NCBI GenBank assembly: GCA_965223265.1
Contig: OZ244999.1
Coordinates: forward strand, 6,816,001-6,880,000
DNA from: Planctomycetota bacterium
GTDB lineage: Bacteria; Planctomycetota; UBA8108; SXIK01
Direction of reading: 5' to 3'
DNA length: 64,000 nt
Shown here: positions 49,548-59,206 of the stretch, in pieces
How positions within the stretch are numbered: the stretch's first letter is position 1
Layout: the number at the start of each line of letters is the position of its first letter
Translations under genes and position numbers: made by a program
Notes under the pieces: generated by a model
The model's database searches: none
Told to the model about the DNA's origin: nothing
What the model saw: the letters and a program-made list of their open reading frames with translations, nothing else

Positions 49548-50104
49548 CCGAACTTCCAAAGAAAGGCACTCGTAAATTCAGCGCAGGTCCGGCTTTGCGA
49601 TGCACCGCAATCGTCAATTCTGACTACATGCGCTCGGTCAGCGACACGCGCAGTAAACGAAGCGCTTGTCGCTGTTCGGGCGACGGCTCGGTGATCACCT
49701 CGAACTCAGCCTTGGAGCTCAGCGGGGAAGCGACGCGATTGCGAGCGATCGTGGCCAAGTCCTGCAGCAGGGTTCGAAAACTATGGGCACACTTGCCGTC
49801 GAGAGTGCGCTTGGTCCAGTCCTTCCACTTCGCCATCTCGGAGCGAACGGCTGGTGTCACCGGCGACTTTCTCCGGTTCACTTCGTCGGCGAACTCATCG
49901 TGAAAGAGCATCGGCTTTAGCGCTTGTTGCATGTGCCACTGGACGTAGTAGGCGAGCATGCAGAGAAATACGTGAGCTCTCACACGTTTCTCTGCATAGT
50001 GAAAAATTGGACGCACTTCGAGATCGACCGTCTTCATACTGCGAAAAGCCCGCTCCACCTTGCTGAGGCTTTTGTATGCCCTCACGGCTTGCCGGGCACT
50101 TAGC
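49548..50104 (-). mobile_element. partial IS1634 (3' end, 557-bp tandem duplication)
   Basis: Apparently identical to 50105-50661; includes the terminal IR and the C-terminal 153 codons of the transposase. Confidence 0.92.
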
Positions 50105-52072
50105 CCGAACTTCCAAAGAAAGGCACTCGTAAATTCAGCGCAGGTCCGGCTTTGCGATGCACCGCAATCGTCAATTCTGACTACATGCGCTCGGTCAGCG
50201 ACACGCGCAGTAAACGAAGCGCTTGTCGCTGTTCGGGCGACGGCTCGGTGATCACCTCGAACTCAGCCTTGGAGCTCAGCGGGGAAGCGACGCGATTGCG
50301 AGCGATCGTGGCCAAGTCCTGCAGCAGGGTTCGAAAACTATGGGCACACTTGCCGTCGAGAGTGCGCTTGGTCCAGTCCTTCCACTTCGCCATCTCGGAG
50401 CGAACGGCTGGTGTCACCGGCGACTTTCTCCGGTTCACTTCGTCGGCGAACTCATCGTGAAAGAGCATCGGCTTTAGCGCTTGTTGCATGTGCCACTGGA
50501 CGTAGTAGGCGAGCATGCAGAGAAATACGTGAGCTCTCACACGTTTCTCTGCATAGTGAAAAATTGGACGCACTTCGAGATCGACCGTCTTCATACTGCG
50601 AAAAGCCCGCTCCACCTTGCTGAGGCTTTTGTATGCCCTCACGGCTTGCCGGGCACTTAGCTTTCGTTTCGGCACAGTCGTTCGCAGGACGTAGAATCCG
50701 TCCAAGGCGGCTTCACGTTCGATTCGTGGTGCATTGCGCCGGAAACGAAACGTGCTCTCTGCGATCGTCAGGTCAAACAGCTTACCCACCTTGAATCGAC
50801 CTATGACTTTACCGACTCGAATGCCAATCTTCGCCCGGCTCCGAAGTCTTCCTGCTTTGACTGCGGCAGCGACTTTCCAGAGGTGCTTTTCGGTAGCCTG
50901 CAGCAGCTCCTCGCGCTTTCTCCTGCGCTCTTCGGCCAGGAGAGGGTTACGGCAAACGATGAGGCGTTCGTTGGGAAACGAAGGATCATCTATTTCGGCG
51001 AGATTCTGCTGGTCAAAGAACTCAAGCTGAATGCTTCCCGACTCTTTCAGCTTTTGGATCTGGGGCGCTCGCAGCGCTGTGATCCAGTCCACACCGTCAA
51101 TGTCTTTGAGCTCTTCGCGAATTCGCGCCGTGGTGATCATGCCGCGATCTCCCACGAGAGTCATTCGCGACAGTTCGAAATCTTCTCGAAGTCGCTTCAC
51201 CTGGGCTCCGAGAGTCTTGGGGTCTGCAGTGTTCCCCTCAAACACTTCGACAGAAACTGGGCAGCCGTCTTTGTTCGTCAAAACGCCAAATACGATCTGC
51301 GCTTTATGCTTTTTCTCGTCGCGGCTGTGACCCCGTCTTGCCAGCGAACAGCAGCGGCCTTCAAAGTACGTCGAAGTTAAATCGTAGAGCGTTAGCTCAC
51401 CGTCTTTGAGGTGACGCTTGGCCAACTTGACTTGGATCTTTCTCTGACGCTCAACGAGCCAATCCATCGCCTTGTAGAGATCGTTTTCATCTACGTTCTC
51501 CAGCCCCAGTAGCTGCGGAATCGTCGTCGCCTTCCAGGCCCTTGTTGTAGCTAGCTTCGACTGTGGAGAAATAATCCTCGCGGCGATCATCGCCAAGGCG
51601 CACTGGCGCTCACTACTCGCCCGCCCATCAAGGATCGTGTCGAGACCAAGATTGCGCATGGTGCCCAGCACCGCGGCGACGTGACCGTGGCTGCGAGTGG
51701 AGAGAATCTTGAAAGCGTCACTCGCAGAGACGAACTGCTCTCCCTTCAAGGCGCGGCGAACGAGGTCGATCACTTCCAGCGGCAAATGAGAGAGATTGGC
51801 CAGCGTGACGTTACGAACCTTCTTGCCGTCGCGATATGTGCGTCGAAGGAGGTGGCTCTGATAGGTCTTACCCTTGTATTTTCTCTTCGTTGTGACCACA
51901 TGGGCCGATCCACCTCTCTTCGCCATGAGCAGCATTATGCGCATCTTGACGTGAAAGGCAAGGAGGAATCCTCCATTTTAGTGACTACATCTCGGGGCGC
52001 AAAAAACTCTGCAACCTCCTACGTTGTCAATCCTTGCGGCCGAAACCCGCTCAGGCAAGCGTGGAAGTTCGG
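50105..52072 (-). mobile_element. complete IS1634-family insertion sequence (1968 bp)
   Basis: TIRs CCGAACTTCCA / TGGAAGTTCGG; TTTAGC target duplication at 49542-49547 and 52073-52078 around the whole composite. Confidence 0.93.
50181..51944 (-). CDS. IS1634 family DDE transposase
   Basis: TLANLS, YDLTSTYFEG, GHSRD, FEGNTAD, VGDRGM, DGFYVLRT, YKSLSKVERAFR, RPIFH. Confidence 0.95.
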   Translation of the reverse strand: MRIMLLMAKRGGSAHVVTTKRKYKGKTYQSHLLRRTYRDGKKVRNVTLANLSHLPLEVIDLVRRALKGEQFVSASDAFKILSTRSHGHVAAVLGTMRNLGLDTILDGRASSERQCALAMIAARIISPQSKLATTRAWKATTIPQLLGLENVDENDLYKAMDWLVERQRKIQVKLAKRHLKDGELTLYDLTSTYFEGRCCSLARRGHSRDEKKHKAQIVFGVLTNKDGCPVSVEVFEGNTADPKTLGAQVKRLREDFELSRMTLVGDRGMITTARIREELKDIDGVDWITALRAPQIQKLKESGSIQLEFFDQQNLAEIDDPSFPNERLIVCRNPLLAEERRRKREELLQATEKHLWKVAAAVKAGRLRSRAKIGIRVGKVIGRFKVGKLFDLTIAESTFRFRRNAPRIEREAALDGFYVLRTTVPKRKLSARQAVRAYKSLSKVERAFRSMKTVDLEVRPIFHYAEKRVRAHVFLCMLAYYVQWHMQQALKPMLFHDEFADEVNRRKSPVTPAVRSEMAKWKDWTKRTLDGKCAHSFRTLLQDLATIARNRVASPLSSKAEFEVITEPSPEQRQALRLLRVSLTERM

Positions 52073-52109
52073 TTTAGCACACGTAATGGCGCACGGCCTT
52101 GAAGCCGCC

Positions 52110-53630
52110 TCATGGCTCAGCCGACAGGCTCGCCAGTCGAACGTAGACATCGCGCAGTCGCTCCTCCACCTCGCCGTGCACCTCATGCACGCGGTCATAG
52201 GTCGCTGCGGCAGCGCGGTTCGGGGCGACGGTTCGCGCTGTCGGCTGCAGCTTGCTCATGGCAGTCCGCACGTCCGGGAACAGCCCGGCGGCAACGGCTG
52301 CAAGACACGCACTCCCGAGACCGGTGGCCTCGTCGTGCTGTGGCAACGCCAGAGGCACACCAAAGACATCCGCGCGAATCTGCGCCCAGAGCTCACTGCG
52401 CGCACCACCGCCGACGAGCCGCAGCTGTTTCACGTCGACTTTTGCGTCGCGAATGCGCTCGAGTAGCCGGCGCGAGGCAAACGAGCTGCCTTCGAGAATC
52501 GCACGGTAAATGTGAGCCAAACCGTGTTGCGGCGATAAGCCAACCAGCGCGCCGCGTTCTGCTGGCTCCCAGTTCGGAGCGCGGCTACCGACGAGCGTGG
52601 GGAAGAAAAGGAGCTGCTCGGCGCCGGCGTCGAGACGTGCAGCCTCGGCGTCAAGTCGCGCCAGAAGCGCCGCACGCGACGCCCCTGCTGCCTCACTGCC
52701 ACCAAACCGATCGCAGAACCACTCGACACAGCCGCCACTAAGCGACATCGGTCCACCCGCCAGCCAGCACCCGTCCACGGCGTGGGGATTGACGAGAAAA
52801 CCCGCCTGAGGATCGAGCACCGGTGACGACGTGCACGCAAAGACGACGTCGGTCGTGCCAATCACGCTGACCGCGTCACCCGGGGCGACGACCCCGGCGC
52901 CGAGTGCCGCGACCGTCCCATCCGGCCCCCCCACCGCAACGGGAAGTCTCGCCTCGAGTCCAAGGTCGGCCGCGGCGTCGGGAGAGAGACCGCCAGCGAC
53001 CTGGGCTGCCGCGTGTATCGGCGGGAACTTGCTCGATTCGAGACCGAGGACAGAGAAGAACGGCTCGTGCCACACCGACTTGGCGACGTCCGCCAGCAGC
53101 GTGTAGCCTGCGTGCGTGCGGTCCGTCACCATGGCGCCGGTGAGCTGAGCCACAAGATAGTCCTTCAAGCTGAGGAATTTGTCCGTGCGCGCATAGAGGC
53201 TCGTTTCATGGCGCTGCAGCCAGAGTACAAGACAAGCGACGCGTTCGGGATCGATGCGCTTGCCGGTCGCTTCGTAGACGCGCTGCTCCCCGAGCTTCTC
53301 GCGCACGAAGTCGGCTTCGCGGCAGGCGCGCTTGTCGATCCACGTCAGCGCGGGACGGAGAGGACGGCGCTGATTGTCGACGGCGACCAGTCCGAGCTGC
53401 GCGCTGACGCCGATCGCGGCGATGCGAGCTGCGTCGATGCCGCTGAGCGCCTGACGCACAGCATCCTTCATGGCGGCGAGCGCGGCGCGTGGCTCGAGTT
53501 CGGACTGCGCTGCGGCCACCGCGGAGGAGTACGGCGACTCAGCGAGTGCGGAGCACACGCCGTCCGTTGCGATCACGGCCGCTTTGACTGCCCGTGTACC
53601 AGCGTCGATCGCCAGCATCAGGTCGCGCAT
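52110..53630 (-). CDS. FGGY-family carbohydrate kinase (xylulokinase-like)
   Basis: AIDAGT..VKA, W.DKR, KDYL..LTG, GGPDG, IGTT, FFPTLVGSRAP, RAILEG, VGGGARS. Confidence 0.92.
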   Translation of the reverse strand: MRDLMLAIDAGTRAVKAAVIATDGVCSALAESPYSSAVAAAQSELEPRAALAAMKDAVRQALSGIDAARIAAIGVSAQLGLVAVDNQRRPLRPALTWIDKRACREADFVREKLGEQRVYEATGKRIDPERVACLVLWLQRHETSLYARTDKFLSLKDYLVAQLTGAMVTDRTHAGYTLLADVAKSVWHEPFFSVLGLESSKFPPIHAAAQVAGGLSPDAAADLGLEARLPVAVGGPDGTVAALGAGVVAPGDAVSVIGTTDVVFACTSSPVLDPQAGFLVNPHAVDGCWLAGGPMSLSGGCVEWFCDRFGGSEAAGASRAALLARLDAEAARLDAGAEQLLFFPTLVGSRAPNWEPAERGALVGLSPQHGLAHIYRAILEGSSFASRRLLERIRDAKVDVKQLRLVGGGARSELWAQIRADVFGVPLALPQHDEATGLGSACLAAVAAGLFPDVRTAMSKLQPTARTVAPNRAAAATYDRVHEVHGEVEERLRDVYVRLASLSAEP

Positions 53631-53835
53631 CGCTAGACTCCAGCGTCAATCAGCGTTCACGGAGGGTTCACGCCCGGACTCGTTTCATTCACGTTCCCGG
53701 TTCTTCGGCAGTGCACTCTTCGCAGCAGCGGAGGTAAACCAAGCCGAGGAGCCCTCTGTGGGCCCACCCGCCTTCTCGTCGAGTGCTCCACGCCCACACT
53801 TGGGCGCATTCACGTAGAATTCACCTTTACAGCGG

Positions 53836-54651
53836 CTACCGAACCTTCGCCTCGAGAAGCATCCCGTCTGGATCGATGCTCTCGCGGATGAGAGCTACTT
53901 GCTCCGGTGTCGGCGGGGGCGTCTCCTCGATCTCGTCAGGAATCAAAAGATCAAACCCGGTCTTCTGCTTGACGGTGTCGACGGCAACGCCCGGGTGTAC
54001 GGATTCAAGCCGCATGCGTTTCGACTCTGGGTCGAACCCAAGAACAGCGTACTCCGTGAACACCTTCGCGGGCCCGCCGCCAGGCAGGCCGGCCTTCTCA
54101 CGAGCATCACCACCGTCGAGAAAACCGACGCCCGATATGAAGTCCACCTTCTCGACAAACTGCCGAGGGCTGTGCTCCATCGTGATGAAGGTACGCTTGG
54201 CGAACGCCGCGTGGTCGGTCTGCGCGAGGCATCCTACAAGCCTCACCTTTGGCGACTCGTAGGGACCGATGCAAACGATATTGAGGTTGCCGTACATGTC
54301 GATCTGGGCGCCGGAGATCGCACCGACGTCCATTTTGCCGCACTTGAAAACGTCGAGCGCCTCCTGCTCAGGAATCTGTGCCTTCGAGCGCCAGTGGACC
54401 AGCTCGTAGTCATCACGCAACGAGGACGGGAGCGTCCTCAGATCCGGATCGATCAGCGGACCCAGCATCGGCACGAGGTTCGGCGCATGCGAAAGTTGCG
54501 CCAGCCGACAGGCGACGAGCGGGATTCCGACGGCGAGAATGAAGGCCCGGCCGCCGGTGCCGATACCGATGAAAACGACCTCCTCGTCCCGCAGGTGCGA
54601 AGCGTACGCAACCGCCATGAGTTCTTCGGTGCGATAATCGTCGATCACCAT
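53836..54651 (-). CDS. CoA-transferase-fold beta subunit (GctB-like) lacking the catalytic Glu
   Basis: FIGIG, GAQIDMYGNLN, FVEKVDFISG, MRLESVHPGV; PMLGP in place of the ESG motif. Confidence 0.88.
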   Translation of the reverse strand: MVIDDYRTEELMAVAYASHLRDEEVVFIGIGTGGRAFILAVGIPLVACRLAQLSHAPNLVPMLGPLIDPDLRTLPSSLRDDYELVHWRSKAQIPEQEALDVFKCGKMDVGAISGAQIDMYGNLNIVCIGPYESPKVRLVGCLAQTDHAAFAKRTFITMEHSPRQFVEKVDFISGVGFLDGGDAREKAGLPGGGPAKVFTEYAVLGFDPESKRMRLESVHPGVAVDTVKQKTGFDLLIPDEIEETPPPTPEQVALIRESIDPDGMLLEAKVR

Positions 54652-55553
54652 CAGCTGACCTCCTTTGGCCTCTCGAGCCCCAAGAGCCGCTTCACCCCTA
54701 TGCGTTCGAGGTAAGCGAAGTGATCGTCGACGCCGAGCACGTTGTGCTCAAGCCACGACGCGAACTCTTCTGCTGATTTAGTCCGCTCGTGATACTCCCG
54801 GAGAAAGTCGAGGTCGTAGTCGTAGCGGCAGTCGCAAGCTGTTGGGTGGGCGCCGAATGGCGCTTCGACGATGTGGTCGACGAAGAACTTCGGCAAAATC
54901 GTCAAGTGTGGACGTTCACTCACCGCCTCTTCGCTCACAACTTGTTCAACGGAAACGATCACCTTCTTCGCCGACTTAGCGATCAAGGTGTCGACCTCAT
55001 TGTCCAGCTCACGGATCGGATCCAACTGAACGTTGCCGACGAAGTCGGCGGTGTGAGCATGGATCAACGCGAAGTCCGGACGAAAAGCTGGCAAGACGCA
55101 AAATTTCTCGCCGGTGAAGGGGCAGTCCATGCGCCGCACACGATCGTTGTGAGCCTCGATACCTGAACCGAGCGGCGTTTTCGAAGGGTAGAACGTCCAG
55201 CCCATGCTTCCAGCACGGAAGGCGTCAATCGCGGTCGTCTCGGAGTGCTCGTAAATCTTCAGCTCCCCACGCTCAACCGCGCGGCGATAGTGATTCGCCA
55301 GGCCGATCATGGCTAGGCCAATGTAGGAAGTCTCGACCGCTTGGACGCAGCCCGCGCCAATGAGCAGATCCATATCGATGGCGTTGTTCCAGCCAAGAAG
55401 TGTCAGGCCTCGTTTCTTCTGCCTGATCATCTCGTAGATCATCGCCATCGGGTGGCGACGAATGAGCGACCCCCCGATCGCGACCGTCGCACCGTCGGGA
55501 ATCAACTCGACGGCGCGAGCGAGTGTCGTGCGTTTGTCCTTTTTCGCGGTCAT
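54651..55553 (-). CDS. CoA-transferase-fold alpha subunit (GctA/IpdA-like)
   Basis: DGATVAIGG, RRHPMA, PDFALIHA..AD..GN, VIVSVE, EAPFGAHPT; start at 55553 or 55562. Confidence 0.88.
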   Translation of the reverse strand: MTAKKDKRTTLARAVELIPDGATVAIGGSLIRRHPMAMIYEMIRQKKRGLTLLGWNNAIDMDLLIGAGCVQAVETSYIGLAMIGLANHYRRAVERGELKIYEHSETTAIDAFRAGSMGWTFYPSKTPLGSGIEAHNDRVRRMDCPFTGEKFCVLPAFRPDFALIHAHTADFVGNVQLDPIRELDNEVDTLIAKSAKKVIVSVEQVVSEEAVSERPHLTILPKFFVDHIVEAPFGAHPTACDCRYDYDLDFLREYHERTKSAEEFASWLEHNVLGVDDHFAYLERIGVKRLLGLERPKEVS

Positions 55554-55587
55554 GTCCTGCAAGCCTTACCTGTCTGATCGAACCAAG

Positions 55588-55655
55588 GTGGCAGGCACAG
55601 TCTGTGTGCCGCCCGCTTTTGCTATTGGCTACGGCACACAGAGTGTGCCTGCTAC
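55588..55655. repeat. inverted REP doublet (REPIN/BIME-like)
   Basis: GTGG-CAGGCACAGTCTGTGTGCCG, 20-nt spacer, CGGCACACAGAGTGTGCCTG-CTAC. Confidence 0.85.
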
Positions 55656-55662
55656 TCTCCGC

Positions 55663-56469
55663 TCAGTCGATCTTGGCGCTCAGAAGGAGGCCCTCCGGGT
55701 CGACTCGCCCGCGCAGCACTTCGAGTTCCGAGGCCATCGGCGCCGTGAGCGTCGCTACGCCATCGACCCCCAGCGGCTCAAAACTCATCAGTTGACGCAA
55801 CTCGCTCGGATCGAAGCCGGGAAGGCAGTTCTTCGCACGCATGCGTTTCGTCTCGTCATCAAACTCGAACACCGCGCCGTTCGTCACGACGCGCCAGGGA
55901 CCCTGAGGCGGCAACCCCACACGCTCGCGCGCGCCAGGACCAGAAAGGTACCCGGCGCCTGAAATGAAGTCGACTTGTTCGACGAACGTTCGCGGCGAAA
56001 GATCATTGACGATACAGTTCCGTGCCGGCGAAGCCAAGTGGTCGGTCTGCGCGATCGGGCCGACGAGTCGTACTTTCGGACGGCGTTCGGTGCCGATGGC
56101 GACGACGTTGAGATTGCCGTAGACGTCGACCTGCGAACCAGAGACGAAGCTGACGGTTATCTTGCCGAGCTTGAAGCAGTCGAGACACTCTTCGACAGGG
56201 ATCTGCGCTTCGCACGGCCACGAGATCAGCTCCGAGTCCGTGTAGGATCGGGGCTGCGACGCGGGGTCAGGATTGACGATCGGGCCAAGCATGAGCGTGA
56301 GTCCCGGGGCGTGTGTCAGCCGGGCCAACTGACAGGCGGCGGTCGGAATGCCGACCGCCAGGACGAACGCTCGCCCACCTGTACCGATGCCAACGAACGC
56401 CACATCGGTCGAGCGCAACTCCCGAGCGATCGCGATCGTCATCAGCTCTTCGATCGTCGCGGGCGTCAC
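55663..56469 (-). CDS. CoA-transferase-fold beta subunit lacking the catalytic Glu
   Basis: GTG start after GAGGAG; FVGIG, LMLGP, GSQVDVYGNLN, FVEQVDFISG. Confidence 0.87.
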   Translation of the reverse strand: MTPATIEELMTIAIARELRSTDVAFVGIGTGGRAFVLAVGIPTAACQLARLTHAPGLTLMLGPIVNPDPASQPRSYTDSELISWPCEAQIPVEECLDCFKLGKITVSFVSGSQVDVYGNLNVVAIGTERRPKVRLVGPIAQTDHLASPARNCIVNDLSPRTFVEQVDFISGAGYLSGPGARERVGLPPQGPWRVVTNGAVFEFDDETKRMRAKNCLPGFDPSELRQLMSFEPLGVDGVATLTAPMASELEVLRGRVDPEGLLLSAKID

Positions 56470-56470
56470 G

Positions 56471-57358
56471 TCAGCTCCTCCCACCCTTGGCCGGATCGTT
56501 TCGCGCACCGATCTTCTCGAGGTAGTCGGCATGACTCCCAGGACGCCGGACATACTCGTCCACGAATGCGTCGAATGTAGCGGCGTTCTTCGAGGCAGCA
56601 TAATAGAGCGCGGTGAAATCGAGATCGTAGTCGTAACGCAGATCGCAAGAACACGGGTGGGCGCCCTGCGGCGCCTCGACCACTGCGTCGACGAAAAACC
56701 CGGGCAGAATTGTCGCCTGTGGTCTCTTCATGACGGTCTCCGTCGACACGATTTCCTCGACGCTGACGATCACGCGTTTGGCACTTCGGGCAATGAAGAC
56801 ATCAGCAAAATTGTCCATGAGCACACGCTCGTCGATCTGAACGTTACCCTTCGCATCAGCAGTGTGCGCGTGCAAGAGCGCGACGTCTGGCTCTGCGGCA
56901 CGCAACGCTGCCATGCGTTTGCCAGTGAACGGACACACGATCTCGCGCGTTTCCGCCTCGAAGTTCATCAGGCCGCTACCGAGCGGGCCGTTCGAAGGGA
57001 TGAACGAGATGCCCATGGCCCCGGCACGAAATCGCTCAAGTGCGGTGTTCTCCGAGTCCTCGACGATGTCGATCGAACCGGCTTCTGCGGCGCGCCGATA
57101 GTTGAGCGCTAGACCGAAGCGCCCCATACCAACGTACGACGTCTGCACAGAGCGGACGCAGCCGGCGCCGACCAGAAGGTCGAAGTCGATGCCGTTGTTC
57201 CAGCCGCTCAGTCGTAGATCGCGTCGGCCTTGGCGCACGAGCTCGTACACCATCGCCATCGGATGGCGACGCTGGGAGTGGCCGCCGAGCGCCAACTGCG
57301 CTCCATCGCCGATCGTACCGACGGCCTCCTCAAGCGACGTGATCTTCTTTGCTTCCAT
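56471..57358 (-). CDS. CoA-transferase-fold alpha subunit (GctA/IpdA-like)
   Basis: DGAQLALGG, RRHPMA, PDVALLHA..AD..GN, EAPQGAHP. Confidence 0.88.
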   Translation of the reverse strand: MEAKKITSLEEAVGTIGDGAQLALGGHSQRRHPMAMVYELVRQGRRDLRLSGWNNGIDFDLLVGAGCVRSVQTSYVGMGRFGLALNYRRAAEAGSIDIVEDSENTALERFRAGAMGISFIPSNGPLGSGLMNFEAETREIVCPFTGKRMAALRAAEPDVALLHAHTADAKGNVQIDERVLMDNFADVFIARSAKRVIVSVEEIVSTETVMKRPQATILPGFFVDAVVEAPQGAHPCSCDLRYDYDLDFTALYYAASKNAATFDAFVDEYVRRPGSHADYLEKIGARNDPAKGGRS

Positions 57359-57429
57359 GACCTAACACTGTTTTTCGCAAACCTTGCGGCTGTGCGCCCG
57401 CGCTGGCGGCCAGCGCTCAGCACATCCCG

Positions 57430-57511
57430 TCAACAAAGGCTCCGTCGAAGTGCCCTATCAAAAAGGCTCAAAAAGGCCCCATCAAAAAGGCCCCATCAAA
57501 AAGGCTCCGTC
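57430..57511. repeat. short tandem repeats of TCAAAAAGGC overlapping the ThDP gene stop
   Basis: Four TCAAAAAGGC units plus one degenerate TCAACAAAGGCTCCGTC. Confidence 0.8.
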
Positions 57512-59184
57512 CAGACGTTCTCATCAGGGTCGATGAGAACGTCGAGCAAGTACGTGCCGTTATGGGCAAGCGCCCTTTCGACCGCTGGCTGCAAGTCCCC
57601 GGGAGCTTCGACGCGCTCACCGTCGGCCCCGAAACCGCGCGCCACCTGTGCGAATTGGATGTCCGTAAAATCGACGCCGATGTAGCGCGGCCCGAAGTAC
57701 GTCAGCTGCTCCTGCTTGATGTTGCCGTAAGCCATGTTGTTCATGACGATGATGAGAACGGGCGCCTTCTCGCGCACTGAAGTCTCGATCTCGCTGACGC
57801 ACATCCCAAGGGAACCGTCACCGATGATGCAGGCGACGGGATGTTCTGGACGTGCGAGTTTGGCCGCAATTGCAGCTGGCAAGGCGAACCCCATGTTGCC
57901 GAAGCCAACCGGCTTGATGTAAGTCCCTGGCTCGAAAATCGGCAGCAAGTGAGTCCAAATCCCAGGGTTGCCCGCGCCGGCTGCGATGATCGTCTGGCGC
58001 GGTAGAGCCGCGCGCAGCGCCTGCATGAAAAACTGCGGCTTGATCGGCTGAGCGGTCGCGTACTCTCGCTTGAAGATCTTCTTCTCCCACTCCGCTTGCG
58101 CCGCCTCGAGCTCTTTGACGCGCTGGCGGCGCACCTCGAGGCCCGCAGCTGCCGGTGCGCAGCCCGCGAGGGCCGCGAGGAGCTGCGTGGTGACGACGGT
58201 GGCGTCGCCGACAACGCCGACTTCAACGGGATAGTGCCGACCGATGTTGGCAGCGTCCACATCGACCTGTACGAGGCGACGCGGGAGCTGCAGCTTCCAG
58301 CGTCCGGTCGACGGCGCATTGAGGCTGTTACCGATCGCCAGCACGACGTCGGCCTCCTCGAGCACGCGGCCGGTGACCTCGGTACCGTGGCGACTGCGCG
58401 GTCCGAAGACCAAGCGGTGGTCCGCCGGGACCACCCCAACGCCGTTGTACGTCGTCACTAGAGGCGCTTCCAACAGCTCGGCGAGTTGGACCAGCTCGGC
58501 GGTGCCGCGCGCCACGAGCGCGCCCCGCCCCGCCCAGATCGCCGGCCGCTGCGCGTCAGAGAGCAGCTCGGCGGCAGCTGCGATCGCCGCGGCATCGCCT
58601 GCGGGTCGCGCTTCCGTGCGGTAAACAAGCGGTGTCGACGGAACGTAGTCTACAGTGGCATCCTCGAGAACGTCGCGCGAGAAGTCGAGGTGTACCGGTC
58701 CTGGGTTCCCCGTCACAGCACGGCGGAACGCCTCGTGGACGGCATCCGGAATCCGTTCGGCAATGGTGACCAGACAGGACCACTTCGTGAACTGTCCGAG
58801 CAGCTTGCAGTGATCTGCCTCCTGCGCGTCGTCACGCTGAAAATCACGCGCACGATTGTTGGCCGTGAGCACGAGCATTGGGCTCGAATCGCGCTGCGCC
58901 CCGCCGATTCCCGTGACCAGGTTCGTGACACCTGGCCCAGTGGTCGCGAGGCAGACGCCAGGGCGACCTGTCAAACGTCCGTAGGCGTCAGCCATGCACG
59001 CCGCACCGCGCTCGTCGCGTGTCGTGATGAAGCGGATCTCGCTGGCGTCAAACAGCGCGTCCATAATGGCGAGATTCTGACCACCCGGAACGCCGAAGAC
59101 AAACTCAACGCCTTCTCGACGCAAACAATCGACGACGGCCGCACCGCCGCGACCTTGAACTCGATCTGGAAGAGATTCTCCCAT
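57496..59184 (-). CDS. thiamine-diphosphate-dependent enzyme (acetolactate synthase-like superfamily)
   Basis: FGVPGGQN, TRDERGA, TTGPGVTN, GPVHLD, GFGNMGFALPAA, GDGS...NN motif; start uncertain. Confidence 0.9.
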   Translation of the reverse strand: MGESLPDRVQGRGGAAVVDCLRREGVEFVFGVPGGQNLAIMDALFDASEIRFITTRDERGAACMADAYGRLTGRPGVCLATTGPGVTNLVTGIGGAQRDSSPMLVLTANNRARDFQRDDAQEADHCKLLGQFTKWSCLVTIAERIPDAVHEAFRRAVTGNPGPVHLDFSRDVLEDATVDYVPSTPLVYRTEARPAGDAAAIAAAAELLSDAQRPAIWAGRGALVARGTAELVQLAELLEAPLVTTYNGVGVVPADHRLVFGPRSRHGTEVTGRVLEEADVVLAIGNSLNAPSTGRWKLQLPRRLVQVDVDAANIGRHYPVEVGVVGDATVVTTQLLAALAGCAPAAAGLEVRRQRVKELEAAQAEWEKKIFKREYATAQPIKPQFFMQALRAALPRQTIIAAGAGNPGIWTHLLPIFEPGTYIKPVGFGNMGFALPAAIAAKLARPEHPVACIIGDGSLGMCVSEIETSVREKAPVLIIVMNNMAYGNIKQEQLTYFGPRYIGVDFTDIQFAQVARGFGADGERVEAPGDLQPAVERALAHNGTYLLDVLIDPDENVWTEPF

Positions 59185-59206
59185 GCTTCTGCCAAACACC
59201 TCCGCG

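Noticed and set aside
49624-50085. Separate 153-aa transposase gene
   Set aside because: It is only the duplicated C-terminus of the adjacent IS1634 transposase.
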